A stretch of DNA of 39,914 bases from Octopus bimaculoides. Lineage: Eukaryota. Position 1 is the first letter of the stretch. Every line of letters starts with the position of its first letter. Shown one piece after another: positions 1-10,932 of the stretch. Made by a program: the position numbers and the translations under genes. The notes under the pieces are model-generated. The model ran no database searches and had not been told where the DNA came from. It saw nothing but the letters and a program-made list of their open reading frames with translations. The DNA is taken from positions 40,828,484 to 40,868,397 of the forward strand of contig NC_068988.1 of NCBI RefSeq assembly GCF_001194135.2, written 5' to 3'.

Positions 1-56
<56 letters not shown>
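1..56. repeat. (CA)n microsatellite
   Basis: Pure AC dinucleotide run at the window start. Confidence 0.98.
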
Positions 57-62
<6 letters not shown>

Positions 63-382
63 GTACATGATATATACACATGCACGCGTTCAGATATGCA
101 CACATCTATGTTCACATACATGTGTAAATGCGTGTATGTTCTTTTTATTTTTCTTATAATTCATTCGTGAAAGAAGAAGCTGCATTTCTACGTATGTATG
201 TGTCTGAGTGTGTATATGTATGCATGTATGTATGTATGCATGTGTATGTATGTATGTATGTATGTCACTATTCAGTTTATTTCAAGATTTCTAACCTAGA
301 TCCAAGGTTCCTTCATTGGAATTTTAACATCAACAATAGGGTATTTTTGTTCCTATGTATGTATGTATGTATGTATGTATGT

Positions 383-1430
383 TTTATGAATATATTCTCA
401 TGCATATAGTTGCATATTTAGACATGCTCATATGTATTTAAATTATAAACTTCTGGAAAGCTTTACAGATATTTACAGTTCCAGTGATGGATTGGACCTG
501 TAATCTTCGAATCAGCTTTCTTCTTTCTGGTTTTGAGAAGCCCAATTTCTCAAGATTGGTATTTAGACAGTGTGTTACATATCCCAGGGCCCCAATAACT
601 ACAGGTATAAACCTGAATTTGCAATCCTGATAGAGTAACTGCATATTTCGCAATAGTTCAGCATAGGTGATCTATTTTTCACTGATCTTCAGCTTTACAA
701 TAATATCCACAACTGTGCATAGTCTCTCTACTCTAGCCCAAATCATTATATCAAGTCTGTTGCGCTCACATTTTATTGAGGGCTTCACAGGTACATTCCA
801 CCAGTATTCCTTTTTATGACGTGTGGCTATGGCTTCTACCATATTGTGGGTTCTTATTTCTTTGGCCTCGGAATTATCCTTCCGACGGATTTCATTACAG
901 AGTGTCCGGTCCATAACGTCATATCTCATCGGTAGATAATACCGTGATGATATTTTCGGACAACTGCTTATGATGTGACATTTTCGGACAACTGCTTATG
1001 ATGTGACATTTTCGGACAACTGCTTATGATGTGGGTGATATCTTCAGTGTGAACAAAGTATGCATTGGTTGTCACATTTTATGGCTTTTCCCGCATCTCT
1101 ACCCCTTTTGTGAATCAAGTACTTCGTTGATATTTCCTGTTTCTGGATTGCAAACGCATACCCTTCAAAGTGGAAGGTAGTAACCCGGCTATTGGTCCAT
1201 GATAAACTTTGTTGATGATTGATGATACGGAGCTTTCTACTAGCATATCCATGCATGGTCTTCTGCTCATATAGGCTCATCCTTTCATCTGATGATATGT
1301 TGCAGTAGAGTCGTGCGACTTCTTTGGGCATGTATTCTTGGTTATCAGACAAAGTGTGTTGCTCAAGGAGCTGCCTTCCAAATGATGCTATCAGCCTTAT
1401 CTATGCAAGCTTGGTCAAGGGATGCACTTC
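383..1430 (-). mobile_element. 5'-truncated, degraded R4/Dong-like non-LTR retrotransposon, copy 1 (CCHC knuckle + RLE endonuclease + 3' UTR)
   Basis: Minus-strand ORF pieces in the expected order: EGYAFAIQKQEISTKYL...CILC (1044-1352), HIISSCPK (in the 952-1033 repeats), EYWWNVPVK...NRLDIMIW...CTVVDI (672-929), FIPVVIGALG (438-653). Frameshifts and stops throughout. (TATG)n on both sides. Clade assigned from motif recall. Confidence 0.85.
952..1033. repeat. 28-bp tandem triplication inside R4-like copy 1
   Basis: ATTTTCGGACAACTGCTTATGATGTGAC at 952-979 and 980-1007, plus a 26-nt third copy at 1008-1033. Confidence 0.95.
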
Positions 1431-1620
1431 TATGTATGTATGTATGTATGTATGTATGTATGCATGAACGTATGTATGCATGCATGCGTGTATGTATGTA
1501 TGTATGTATGTATGTATGTATGTATGTATGTATGTATGTATTTATGTGTGTATGTATAAATGTATGTATGTATAAATGTATGTATGTATGTATGTATGTA
1601 TTATGTATGTACGTATGTAT
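1431..1620. repeat. (TATG)n microsatellite, degenerate
   Basis: Long TATG run lying between R4-like copies 1 and 2. Confidence 0.95.
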
Positions 1621-1621
1621 C

Positions 1622-3060
1622 GTTTTCTGTGAGATTTTAGTCCTTCTTAAGAGAGTTTAAACCGATCGGTAATAAAGCGACAAGACTTTTTGAGTTAAGA
1701 GAGTTCCCGGAGTTTGAAAATATGTGGTTGTGTTGGTGTGTTGGCTGAACTGTCGATGCACACAACCAATTGCCTGCATCTACTCATTTAAAGGATATCA
1801 GATGGAGAATCTTTGGAATGTCTCAAACTTTCACTGTGTTGATTAATATATTGGCTTTGGAGAATGTGCGTCACTTTCTTTTGCTCGTTTTTGAAAAACC
1901 TTAGTATTTGTAGGTTTATGTGTAAATCTATTGATATATAGCCTAATGCACCTATAATGATCGGTACAAATGATAATTCATAGTCAGGGTACAAGAGCTG
2001 TAATTTCGGTTTTTAATTTGCCTAAATAATCTGTTTTTCCTGGACTTTTGGTTGTACATACACATCCACTGATCAGCTGACATCTACAACAGAGTATGAC
2101 TTTCGTTTCCTGTCCCATAGGATAAATCAGGCCTATCATATTTGCACCTAATTGCTGTTTTTATTGGAGTGGTCTACGAGTATTCCTCGTTTTTAACGGT
2201 TTGAATACATACTGATTCTGACAATCCTTTGCGGTATACGCCAGGGTAATTCTACCTGCGGATAACATTGTAAATAGTCTTTGCAACTATATCATGCTTC
2301 AGGGACAAATAGCAAGTATCTCATAGATATTCTGGGGCTGCTGCTTACGATGTGGGTGATATATGACATTTTTTATCAGAACATGGAAGTTTAGTGGTAT
2401 CGTTGTATCTCTTGTTCATCAGGTATTTAGTAGCTATCTCCTGTTCCTGGGTAGCAAAGACATATCCTTCTAGGTGAGATATAATGAACCTTTCACATCC
2501 TGTCGATGCTGCTCTTATCCTCTAATTTACGAGATAAATAATCATGCATTGTTTTCTGCTAATATGATGTATGCTTCTCAGGCCAGCCCATCCTCCTGTG
2601 GGCCACATGAGACACTTGTACTCTCAGAATACCTGCTCGGGAGAATGCTGTTGCTCACATGCATGTAATATATTCATTTCTTTCTTGACTATTCACCATG
2701 TGATGTCTGAATGATACAGTGCAACATTCAAAGGCAGTTTGAACTGATTTTATGCATCTGACACCATCTCCATGTCTCAACATAGATCCTATTGGTGTCG
2801 CTGTTTATGTGGAAGTTGCCAAGGATAGTGTCTTTCTAGTTTTGATGTCCAGGCTGAGGATCTCGTCAAGTATCCAGTTCAATATCCGAAATGTTACTAT
2901 TAGCAGTGGCACTGCAAGATCATTGTGAGATATGGTCTTGTGAAATGCAAAAATCTCTGGGTTAAATATTTTCCGGCGTCTACAGAAGTACTCTTTCGTT
3001 ATTCTGCAACATTTTCAACGATTCCGAGATACTTTTATCTCTAGTTTTCATCACTAGGTT
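1622..3060 (-). mobile_element. 5'-truncated, degraded R4/Dong-like non-LTR retrotransposon, copy 2 (end of RT, thumb, CCHC, RLE); a different subfamily from copy 1
   Basis: Manual minus-strand translation gives KYLGI (3020-3034), then EYFCRRRKIF...HNDLAVP...LDIKTRK...GNFHINSDTNRIYV, EGYVFATQEQEIATKYLM (~2420-2475), THIVSSSP (~2335-2360), CKYDRPDL (PD at 2126-2131) and YPDYELSFVPIIIGALG (ORF 1788-1994). The 3' boundary is approximate. Confidence 0.85.
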
Positions 3061-3219
3061 TCAATCCCATTCTGTCTTCTATTATATATAGTGCCAGCAT
3101 TGTGACTGGATTTGGCAGGCGGAAACTGAAATGAACGAATAACAAAAAGAATACGTTCCATATATGTATGTACGTATGTATGTATGTACATCCACACACA
3201 TACACACATATAGATAGAC

Positions 3220-3230
3220 AGACAGACAGT

Positions 3231-3281
<51 letters not shown>

Positions 3282-3320
3282 ATAGATAGACAGATAGATA
3301 GATAGATAGATAGATAGATA
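3220..3320. repeat. (GATA)n/(GACA)n microsatellite
   Basis: GATA run shortly before the 3341-3855 gap. Confidence 0.95.
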
Positions 3321-3855
3321 CATGTGTGCATGTATATATANNNNNNNNNNNNNNNNNNNNNNNNNNNNNNNNNNNNNNNNNNNNNNNNNNNNNNNNNNNN
3401 NNNNNNNNNNNNNNNNNNNNNNNNNNNNNNNNNNNNNNNNNNNNNNNNNNNNNNNNNNNNNNNNNNNNNNNNNNNNNNNNNNNNNNNNNNNNNNNNNNNN
3501 NNNNNNNNNNNNNNNNNNNNNNNNNNNNNNNNNNNNNNNNNNNNNNNNNNNNNNNNNNNNNNNNNNNNNNNNNNNNNNNNNNNNNNNNNNNNNNNNNNNN
3601 NNNNNNNNNNNNNNNNNNNNNNNNNNNNNNNNNNNNNNNNNNNNNNNNNNNNNNNNNNNNNNNNNNNNNNNNNNNNNNNNNNNNNNNNNNNNNNNNNNNN
3701 NNNNNNNNNNNNNNNNNNNNNNNNNNNNNNNNNNNNNNNNNNNNNNNNNNNNNNNNNNNNNNNNNNNNNNNNNNNNNNNNNNNNNNNNNNNNNNNNNNNN
3801 NNNNNNNNNNNNNNNNNNNNNNNNNNNNNNNNNNNNNNNNNNNNNNNNNNNNNNN

Positions 3856-3904
<49 letters not shown>

Positions 3905-3930
3905 TGTGTACGTGCAGATTTGTATGTTTT

Positions 3931-4270
3931 ATTTTATGTATGTATTCTCATGCATATTCTTTCATAACTAGACATGCTCATATATATACTTAAATGATAA
4001 ACTTCGGGTAAGTTTAAACAGATTTTTGAAGTTCCAATGATGGCTTGGATCGGTAGTCTTCGATTCAGCTTTCTCCTTTCTGGTGCTGAGAAACTTAATT
4101 TCTTAAGATTGATATTTAGGCAGTGTGTTACATATCCCAGGGCCCCGATAATTACAGGTATAAACATGAACGTTTAATCTGGAAAGAATAACTGCAGATT
4201 TCTCAATAGTTCTCTTTTTCCCTGATCTTCAGCTTTGTTAACATCCGCTGGACAGCTAATTTCCACAACT
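3931..4270 (-). mobile_element. 3'-terminal fragment of an R4/Dong-like element, copy 3 (same family as copy 1)
   Basis: Aligns by eye to 385-710, sharing TATTCTCATGCATAT, TAGACATGCTCATAT and CAGTGTGTTACATATCCCAGGGCCCC. Encodes EISCPADVN and FIPVIIGALGYVTHCL. Followed by (TATG)n at ~4275-4305. Confidence 0.85.
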
Positions 4271-4271
4271 T

Positions 4272-4303
<32 letters not shown>

Positions 4304-4626
4304 TGTACGCGTGCATTTGTGTGTATATCTGTCCGTGTTTGTGTTTGTGATATATACCTTTACGTTCTGTAACTTAACACTTCGATAAATAGGTTCTATA
4401 AGATGAGTATCGGTTGATTTGTGGCTGTCTAATCGCTTGCTCTATTCACACTACAAATAAGCCATCTCACACAACAAGCATATTTCGCTTTTAAGACCAC
4501 ACAATTAACTCTGAACATAAACTTTAGTGTAATAGGTCCTACTAAAACTGATACACAGATTATCAGCAAACATATAACATTATACCAATATGATGATAGA
4601 TTAACCCTTACTAGTATGAAACACTG

Positions 4627-5009
4627 TGGAGGCGCAATGGCCCAGTGGTTAGGCCAGCGGACTCGCGGTCATAGGATCGCGGTTTCAATTCCCAGACCGG
4701 GCGTTGTGTGTGTTTATTGAGTGAAAACACCTAAAGCTCCACGATGCTCCGGCAAGGGATAGTGGCGAACCCTGCTGTACTCTTCCACCACAACTTTCTC
4801 TCACTCTTACTTCCTGTTTCTGGTGTGCCTGTAATTCAAAGGGTCAGCCTTGTCACAATGTGTCATGCTGAATATCCCCGAGAACTACGTTACGGGTACA
4901 CGTGTCTGTGGAGTGCTCAGCCACTTGCACGTTAATTTCACGAGCAGGCTGTTCCGTTGATCGGATCAACTGGAACCTTCGACGTCGTAAACGACGGAGT
5001 GCCAACAAC
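4627..5009 (+). mobile_element. Full-length tRNA-derived SINE, family A (head A + tail X), with 14-bp TSD
   Basis: A-box TGGCCCAGTGGT and B-box GGTTTCAATTCCC. Ends GTGCCAACAAC. Direct repeat AGTATGAAACACTG at 4613-4626 and 5010-5023. Highly similar copy at 33614-33993. Confidence 0.9.
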
Positions 5010-5582
5010 AGTATGAAACACTGCATAGAATAGTTGCAGTATATCTCCTGTATAAATTTGTACGAGTTTGAATTTCACGAATAGGTAAGTACATCCCCTT
5101 TCTAAACAATTACTGATTAATAGCATTATTTCGCCGAATCTGTAACAATCTTCAACGATTTGAAAATAGAAATAGGAAAAACAATCAATTACCATTACTC
5201 CTTATGCATAAATAACAATCTGATCTTTCCTTAGTATGAGAGTGATGGGCTACTGAAATACGGGACAACATCGGATAATATATATTATACTCATATTGGA
5301 GGAGGCCTATAGAAAGACGACGGTCACTTTCTCTCAATGAAATAAACACACAACAAACTAACAAACACTTTCCTTTAGAATATTTCAGAATTTTTTATCA
5401 CAATTCACACCGATCTCATTACTAACGTCTTAGGTTCAACTCTAAAGCATTCAACCACCAAATCACTTACACGAGCATGCAAAACAGTTACACAGCCCTA
5501 TATTTAAGAGATGAGGAATTATGTACAATATTCACATTATTTACATTTGACGGATATATATGTCCTCATCTTGTTTGTTGTT

Positions 5583-5627
5583 AACACAACGTTTCGGCTG
5601 ATATATCCTCCAGCTTTCATCAGGTGC
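5583..5627 (-). ncRNA. Minimal type I hammerhead ribozyme motif, second copy, probably impaired
   Basis: Minus strand reads GCAC CTGATGA AA GCTG GAGGATATAT CAGC C GAAA CGTT GTGT. The stem II closing pair is A-C instead of G-C. Confidence 0.55.
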
Positions 5628-5674
5628 ATTGGGAAAATTTCGAACCCAGGTTCACATTCCTAAGGTTTTTTCGA

Positions 5675-5744
<70 letters not shown>

Positions 5745-5747
<3 letters not shown>

Positions 5748-5815
5748 TTCACTTCCTGGAATCGCACTCGGAATCTTGGGGTTAGTAGCCCGCGCTCTGA
5801 ACCACTACGTCATAT
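5745..5815 (-). promoter_or_regulatory. tRNA-like head with Pol III A and B boxes
   Basis: Minus strand ATATGACGTAGTGGTTCAGAGCGCGGGCTACTAACCCCAAGATTCCGAGTGCGATTCCAGG. A-box-like TGACGTAGTGG; anticodon-like arm GGG-CTACTAA-CCC; B-box-like GAGTGCGATTCC (GAGTTCGATTCG in the inverted copy). Not a functional tRNA. Confidence 0.6.
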
Positions 5816-5871
5816 GGCTACTAACCCCAAGATTCCGAGTTCGATTCGGGGCAGTGAACTGAATAATATTA

Positions 5872-5923
<52 letters not shown>

Positions 5924-5943
5924 CAATAATAATGATAATAATG

Positions 5944-5995
<52 letters not shown>

Positions 5996-6077
5996 CAACA
6001 ATGACAATAACAATAACAACAGCAACATCAACGAAAAATACCTTAGGAATGATAACCCAGGCTCGAAATTTCCCCAA

Positions 6078-6123
6078 GACACCTGATGAAGGCTTGAGAG
6101 TATATCAGCCGAAACGTTGTGTT
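6078..6123 (+). ncRNA. Minimal type I hammerhead ribozyme motif (Penelope-type, palindromic stem III)
   Basis: GACAC (6078-82) CTGATGA (6083-89) A GGCT...AGCC (stem II, 6091-94/6107-10) GAAA (6111-14) CG T T GTGTT (6119-23, pairs with GACAC). Predicted cleavage after GUU at 6118. Confidence 0.7.
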
Positions 6124-7309
6124 AACAACTATCAAGATGAGGACAAATATCCGTCAAGTGTAAATAATGTAAATAAAAGCAGTGACAGTTCATAATCCGA
6201 ATTCATTCATTCTGGTACCAATTTCATGGTTAAGATAATATTTTGGCAATTGGAGTCAAGTTAATTTAATATGAACATTTTTTTTTTGTCATATGTGTTA
6301 GTTATAGGAATAGAGAACATGTTCTTAGTAGTTTTGCTGACTATATAGGCATTTTTATTTCATTCGACCGTATGAAAACTTTATCGGAATTTTTAACTCT
6401 GTAATTTAATTTTGTCTGGTAAATTTTAGTTTTAAATTTTAATATTCTTAATTAGTCAAAAAATTTCATCAAATGGTTGGGAGAGCTTGTAGATTGATGG
6501 TCATTTGCAAGACAAATGATAGATTTAGAAAAGAAATCTCTACCGTTTCTTCAAATATTTCGGACTTTTGATTATTAGAGATATTAAATTCATTATCGTC
6601 ATTTTCTTAGATGTAACACTCACCTTCTCTACCAAGAAATATATATTCACCGATTCATCTAATTATTAATATTTGGTTTAATGAAGTCACTCATTGTACT
6701 AGAAGAAGTAAGTATTAGCATATAAACATCATCTGACATAATCCACTATTTGATTTAGCCGTAATTACTCCAATAACAAAAAAAAAATTCACCTACAAAG
6801 GAAATTTCAATATAAATGTGGCAAAATGTTTTATAAAATTGCGATTAATATTGTTTGGTCAACTACACATTACTTTGTTCATAGGATGGTTACCAACAGC
6901 ACTATCAATCTCGATAGACTGCGAAAGTTTGTGGAAAACTCATGGGGATAGTCCTGCTTCCATTTCTCATTTATATAAGAACAACATGGCAAATTGTATG
7001 CAGCTTTTCCTCTTGCTAGAAATAACAGCCTAAAGCTGCACCCTACCTACTGTCTTAAAAAATATATTAGGAGAAGATAGATTACTAGATTGCATGACCA
7101 TACATGGAATGCATTTAGTCGGGTATCAACTGGATCAGGACCAACCTACAGCGAAACAATAGCCATAACGACAATAACAGCTTATAGTAGTAAGTATCGT
7201 TGATCACTTATTGGCTGAAGACATTTAATTGAAACGTGTGATTATAGACAGATGTAGTAAGACAAAGATGTTGCGTGTATTTGAATAATGATTTCTAACA
7301 GAAGCGCAT

Positions 7310-7440
7310 GACCAAAATTTGTTGTCTATTGGGGAGAGGAATGAGCTAATTACATCAGCATCAGTATGTGACGTTATTTTATCAACGCTGGGATAATAAA
7401 AGGCGAAGTCGATATCGGGTGGATTTGAACTTAGGAGATA
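7310..7440 (-). mobile_element. Highly decayed family B SINE fragment
   Basis: TTTTATCAAC...AAAAGGCGAAGTCGATATCGGGTGGATTTGAACTTAG resembles the reverse complement of the family B core. Confidence 0.4.
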
Positions 7441-7767
7441 AAATGGTATGTGTATATAAATAATTGTAATAGGACAATCATCGTAATTTGTTAGGTGGGA
7501 GGCTGTGACCGTGACACTACAATTACACATGAGCCAACCAAAAGGAAAAACAAAAAGACTCAGTGTGGTTGACTGATTTTCTAGAAAGAATAGTTTGATC
7601 TTTTTTTCATAATACTGCCTCTGTAAAAAACGAAGAATATCAACTATGAATTATAATCCAAGATATAAGGAATGATGACATATAACTGGGAGTGTATTTC
7701 ATCACGTGATGATCAGAGATAACGTTCAGACTACCAAAAAAAAAAAAAAACAAACTATAATAATATA

Positions 7768-8036
7768 CAGGGCTAGTTTTAAGCCGATTAGACCGATTCG
7801 TTCAAATTGGGCCCCGCGTCATGAGAGGGCCCTGTGAACAGGCTTGAGCGAAGGACGCTATGATGAATTTTTAGTATATCAATTTGGCTAATGGTGGAAT
7901 TTCAAGTCCTCAACTCTTTTTATCTGGGACTGGCATACTAGACAAAACATAAAATATCAATTTACATAATTTGTAAAGTAGAGGGCCTCACTGATAATAC
8001 TCTCATAGGACCCTGCACTCCCTAGCGCCGGCTCTG
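7768..8036. mobile_element. Probable hAT-superfamily MITE
   Basis: Termini CAGGGCTAG... and ...GCCGGCTCTG form an imperfect TIR. Subterminal GGGCCC-like motifs. Flanking 8-mers ATAATATA (7760-67) and ATGATATA (8037-44) match 7/8, and an 8-bp TSD is typical of hAT. Confidence 0.55.
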
Positions 8037-9364
8037 ATGATATATTATCTACCCATATAGAATCCACTGTAGTTCACTGATATGGTGCTTCAACCTGATC
8101 AATGTTTTGTCTGAATACTAAATTCTAACAGAAGATACAATATTCGCTGATAGAATACAAGCATATACCACAGTTTATTGCATAGTACTAGACGAAATTC
8201 GAATTCCCAAAGGAACAAAACTACTTATCAGATTCATAGTGTGTATATTAGATTTAACTATATGGCTAACTAGACTAGAACATTGAAATTTGATTATGTT
8301 GACTGTAGCCTCTGTGTTACATCGGTAAAAGGATTCGAAATACTTTTGCTACATTTAACTGTCTATTTATTATATCGCATATCTCTCAGACAGTAAGTAT
8401 ATATGTATAAATAGTTATTTCAAAGCATACTAACTCAAAATACATATACGGTACATATGCATATATATGCATGCATATATATATATATATATATATATAT
8501 ANNNNNNNNNNNNNNNNNNNNNNNNNNNNNNNNNNNNNNNNNNNNNNNNNNNNNNNNNNNNNNNNNNNNNNNNNNNNNNNNNNNNNNNNNNNNNNNNNNN
8601 NNNNNNNNNNNNNNNNNNNNNNNNNNNNNNNNNNNNNNNNNNNNNNNNNNNNNNNNNNNNNNNNNNNNNNNNNNNNNNNNNNNNNNNNNNNNNNNNNNNN
8701 NNNNNNNNNNNNNNNNNNNNNNNNNNNNNNNNNNNNNNNNNNNNNNNNNNNNNNNNNNNNNNNNNNNNNNNNNNNNNNNNNNNNNNNNNNNNNNNNNNNN
8801 NNNNNNNNNNNNNNNNNNNNNNNNNNNNNNNNNNNNNNNNNNNNNNNNNNNNNNNNNNNNNNNNNNNNNNNNNNNNNNNNNNNNNNNNNNNNNNNNNNNN
8901 NNNNNNNNNNNNNNNNNNNNNNNNNNNNNNNNNNNNNNNNNNNNNNNNNNNNNNNNNNNNNNNNNNNNNNNNNNNNNNNNNNNNNNNNNNNNNNNNNNNN
9001 NNNNNNNNNNNNNNNNNNNNNNNNNNNNNNNNNNNNNNNNNNNNNNNNNNNNNNNNNNNNNNNNNNNNNNNNNNNNNNNNNNNNNNNNNNNNNNNNNNNN
9101 NNNNNNNNNNNNNNNNNNNNNNNNNNNNNNNNNNNNNNNNNNNNNNNNNNNNNNNNNNNNNNNNNNNNNNNNNNNNNNNNNNNNNNNNNNNNNNNNNNNN
9201 NNNNNNNNNNNNNNNNNNNNNNNNNNNNNNNNNNNNNNNNNNNNNNNNATATGTATGTATGTAGGTATGTATGTATGTATGAATGTATATGCATATACGC
9301 GCGCAATTATACATACATGCAATTTATATATCAATGTCCACCAATCAATCAATCAATCAACCAG

Positions 9365-9415
<51 letters not shown>

Positions 9416-10712
9416 GTCTATCTGTCTATCTGTTTGTCTGTTTATCTGTCTACCTATTTGTCTATTTACCTGTATGTCTGCCTATCTGCCTGCCTGTCTG
9501 TCTCTTTTCTGTGCGTCTGTCTCTTTGTCAGTCTATCTGTCACTCTATCAATCCATTTATTTATTTGTCTGACCGCATGTATGTATGCATGCATGTATGC
9601 ATATATGTATGAATGTACGTATGTATGATTCCTTTATCGGTTTGTTTGTTACGCCTTGGTTTTTTTTTGGGGGGGGGGTTTAGTCTTATTTATTTGCAAT
9701 CTCCTTAACTTCTTCCACAATCATTATTTTTACCCTGTTCCTTATCCCGTCTGTTGTCTCTTGATATCCTTAATTCGCTTGTTACCTCCTTACCTATAAT
9801 TTAAACAAACATGCACTAACACAAATACATAATACACTTACACAGATAGACATACACACACGTACGCACGCACACACACNNNNNNNNNNNNNNNNNNNNN
9901 NNNNNNNNNNNNNNNNNNNNNNNNNNNNNNNNNNNNNNNNNNNNNNNNNNNNNNNNNNNNNNNNNNNNNNNNNNNNNNNNNNNNNNNNNNNNNNNNNNNN
10001 NNNNNNNNNNNNNNNNNNNNNNNNNNNNNNNNNNNNNNNNNNNNNNNNNNNNNNNNNNNNNNNNNNNNNNNNNNNNNNNNNNNNNNNNNNNNNNNNNNNN
10101 NNNNNNNNNNNNNNNNNNNNNNNNNNNNNNNNNNNNNNNNNNNNNNNNNNNNNNNNNNNNNNNNNNNNNNNNNNNNNNNNNNNNNNNNNNNNNNNNNNNN
10201 NNNNNNNNNNNNNNNNNNNNNNNNNNNNNNNNNNNNNNNNNNNNNNNNNNNNNNNNNNNNNNNNNNNNNNNNNNNNNNNNNNNNNNNNNNNNNNNNNNNN
10301 NNNNNNNNNNNNNNNNNNNNNNNNNNNNNNNNNNNNNNNNNNNNNNNNNNNNNNNNNNNNNNNNNNNNNNNNNNNNNNNNNNNNNNNNNNNNNNNNNNNN
10401 NNNNNNNNNNNNNNNNNNNNNNNNNNNNNNNNNNNNNNNNNNNNNNNNNNNNNNNNNNNNNNNNNNNNNNNNNNNNNNNNNNNNNNNNNNNNNNNNNNNN
10501 NNNNNNNNNNNNNNNNNNNNNNNNNNNNNNNNNNNNNNNNNNNNNNNNNNNNNNNNNNNNNNNNNNNNNNNNNNNNNNNNNNNNNNNNNNNNNNNNNNNN
10601 NNNNNNNNNNNNNNNNNNTAATACTCCGCCCCTGAAATCATTTTGCATTAACGTTTATCAGCTCCACATTAAAACTCACGTGTGGGGGCACTTACATAGA
10701 AACATGCAAGCT

Positions 10713-10743
<31 letters not shown>

Positions 10744-10789
10744 GCACTCACGTACACACACTCACACGCACAAACACACTCACACGCAC

Positions 10790-10895
10790 ACACGCGCTAT
10801 ATTTCTCTCCCCTCCTTTCTCTCTCTCTCTCTTACACTATCTGTATCATTTCGATCTTTCTCATTATCTATCTATCTATCTATCTACCTATCTAC

Positions 10896-10932
<37 letters not shown>

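Larger units (their letters stand above)
5497..6175. mobile_element. Head-to-head inverted duplication of a tRNA-head/(AAT)n/hammerhead unit (Penelope-like pLTR-associated element)
   Basis: 5534-5672 is the reverse complement of ~6033-6170, and 5745-5790 is the reverse complement of 5816-5861. The microsatellites are also mirrored ((ATT)n 5674-5744 vs (AAT)n ~5862-6030). Only 25 nt (5791-5815) at the centre are unpaired. Confidence 0.8.

Noticed and set aside
268-354. Short segment between TATG runs; minus strand reads KYPIVDVKIP, reminiscent of an RLE motif
   Set aside because: Too short and interrupted by stops to support a fourth retrotransposon fragment.
952-1033. Regular short repeats that superficially resemble a CRISPR array (also 29011-29073)
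   Set aside because: No spacers, eukaryotic context and no cas genes; these are simple tandem duplications.
4627-4700. tRNA-like heads as real tRNA genes (also 5745-5815, 12773, 14258, 24787, 33614)
   Set aside because: They lack complete cloverleaves and continue into SINE bodies, several with TSDs.
5037-5098. AG...AG|GTAAGT candidate 45-nt exon
   Set aside because: All three frames contain stops.
8390-8392. Possible 3-nt microexon (CTCTCAG-ACA-GTAAGT with TTAAC upstream)
   Set aside because: By rough estimate, a pattern like this is expected about once by chance in a window of this size and composition.
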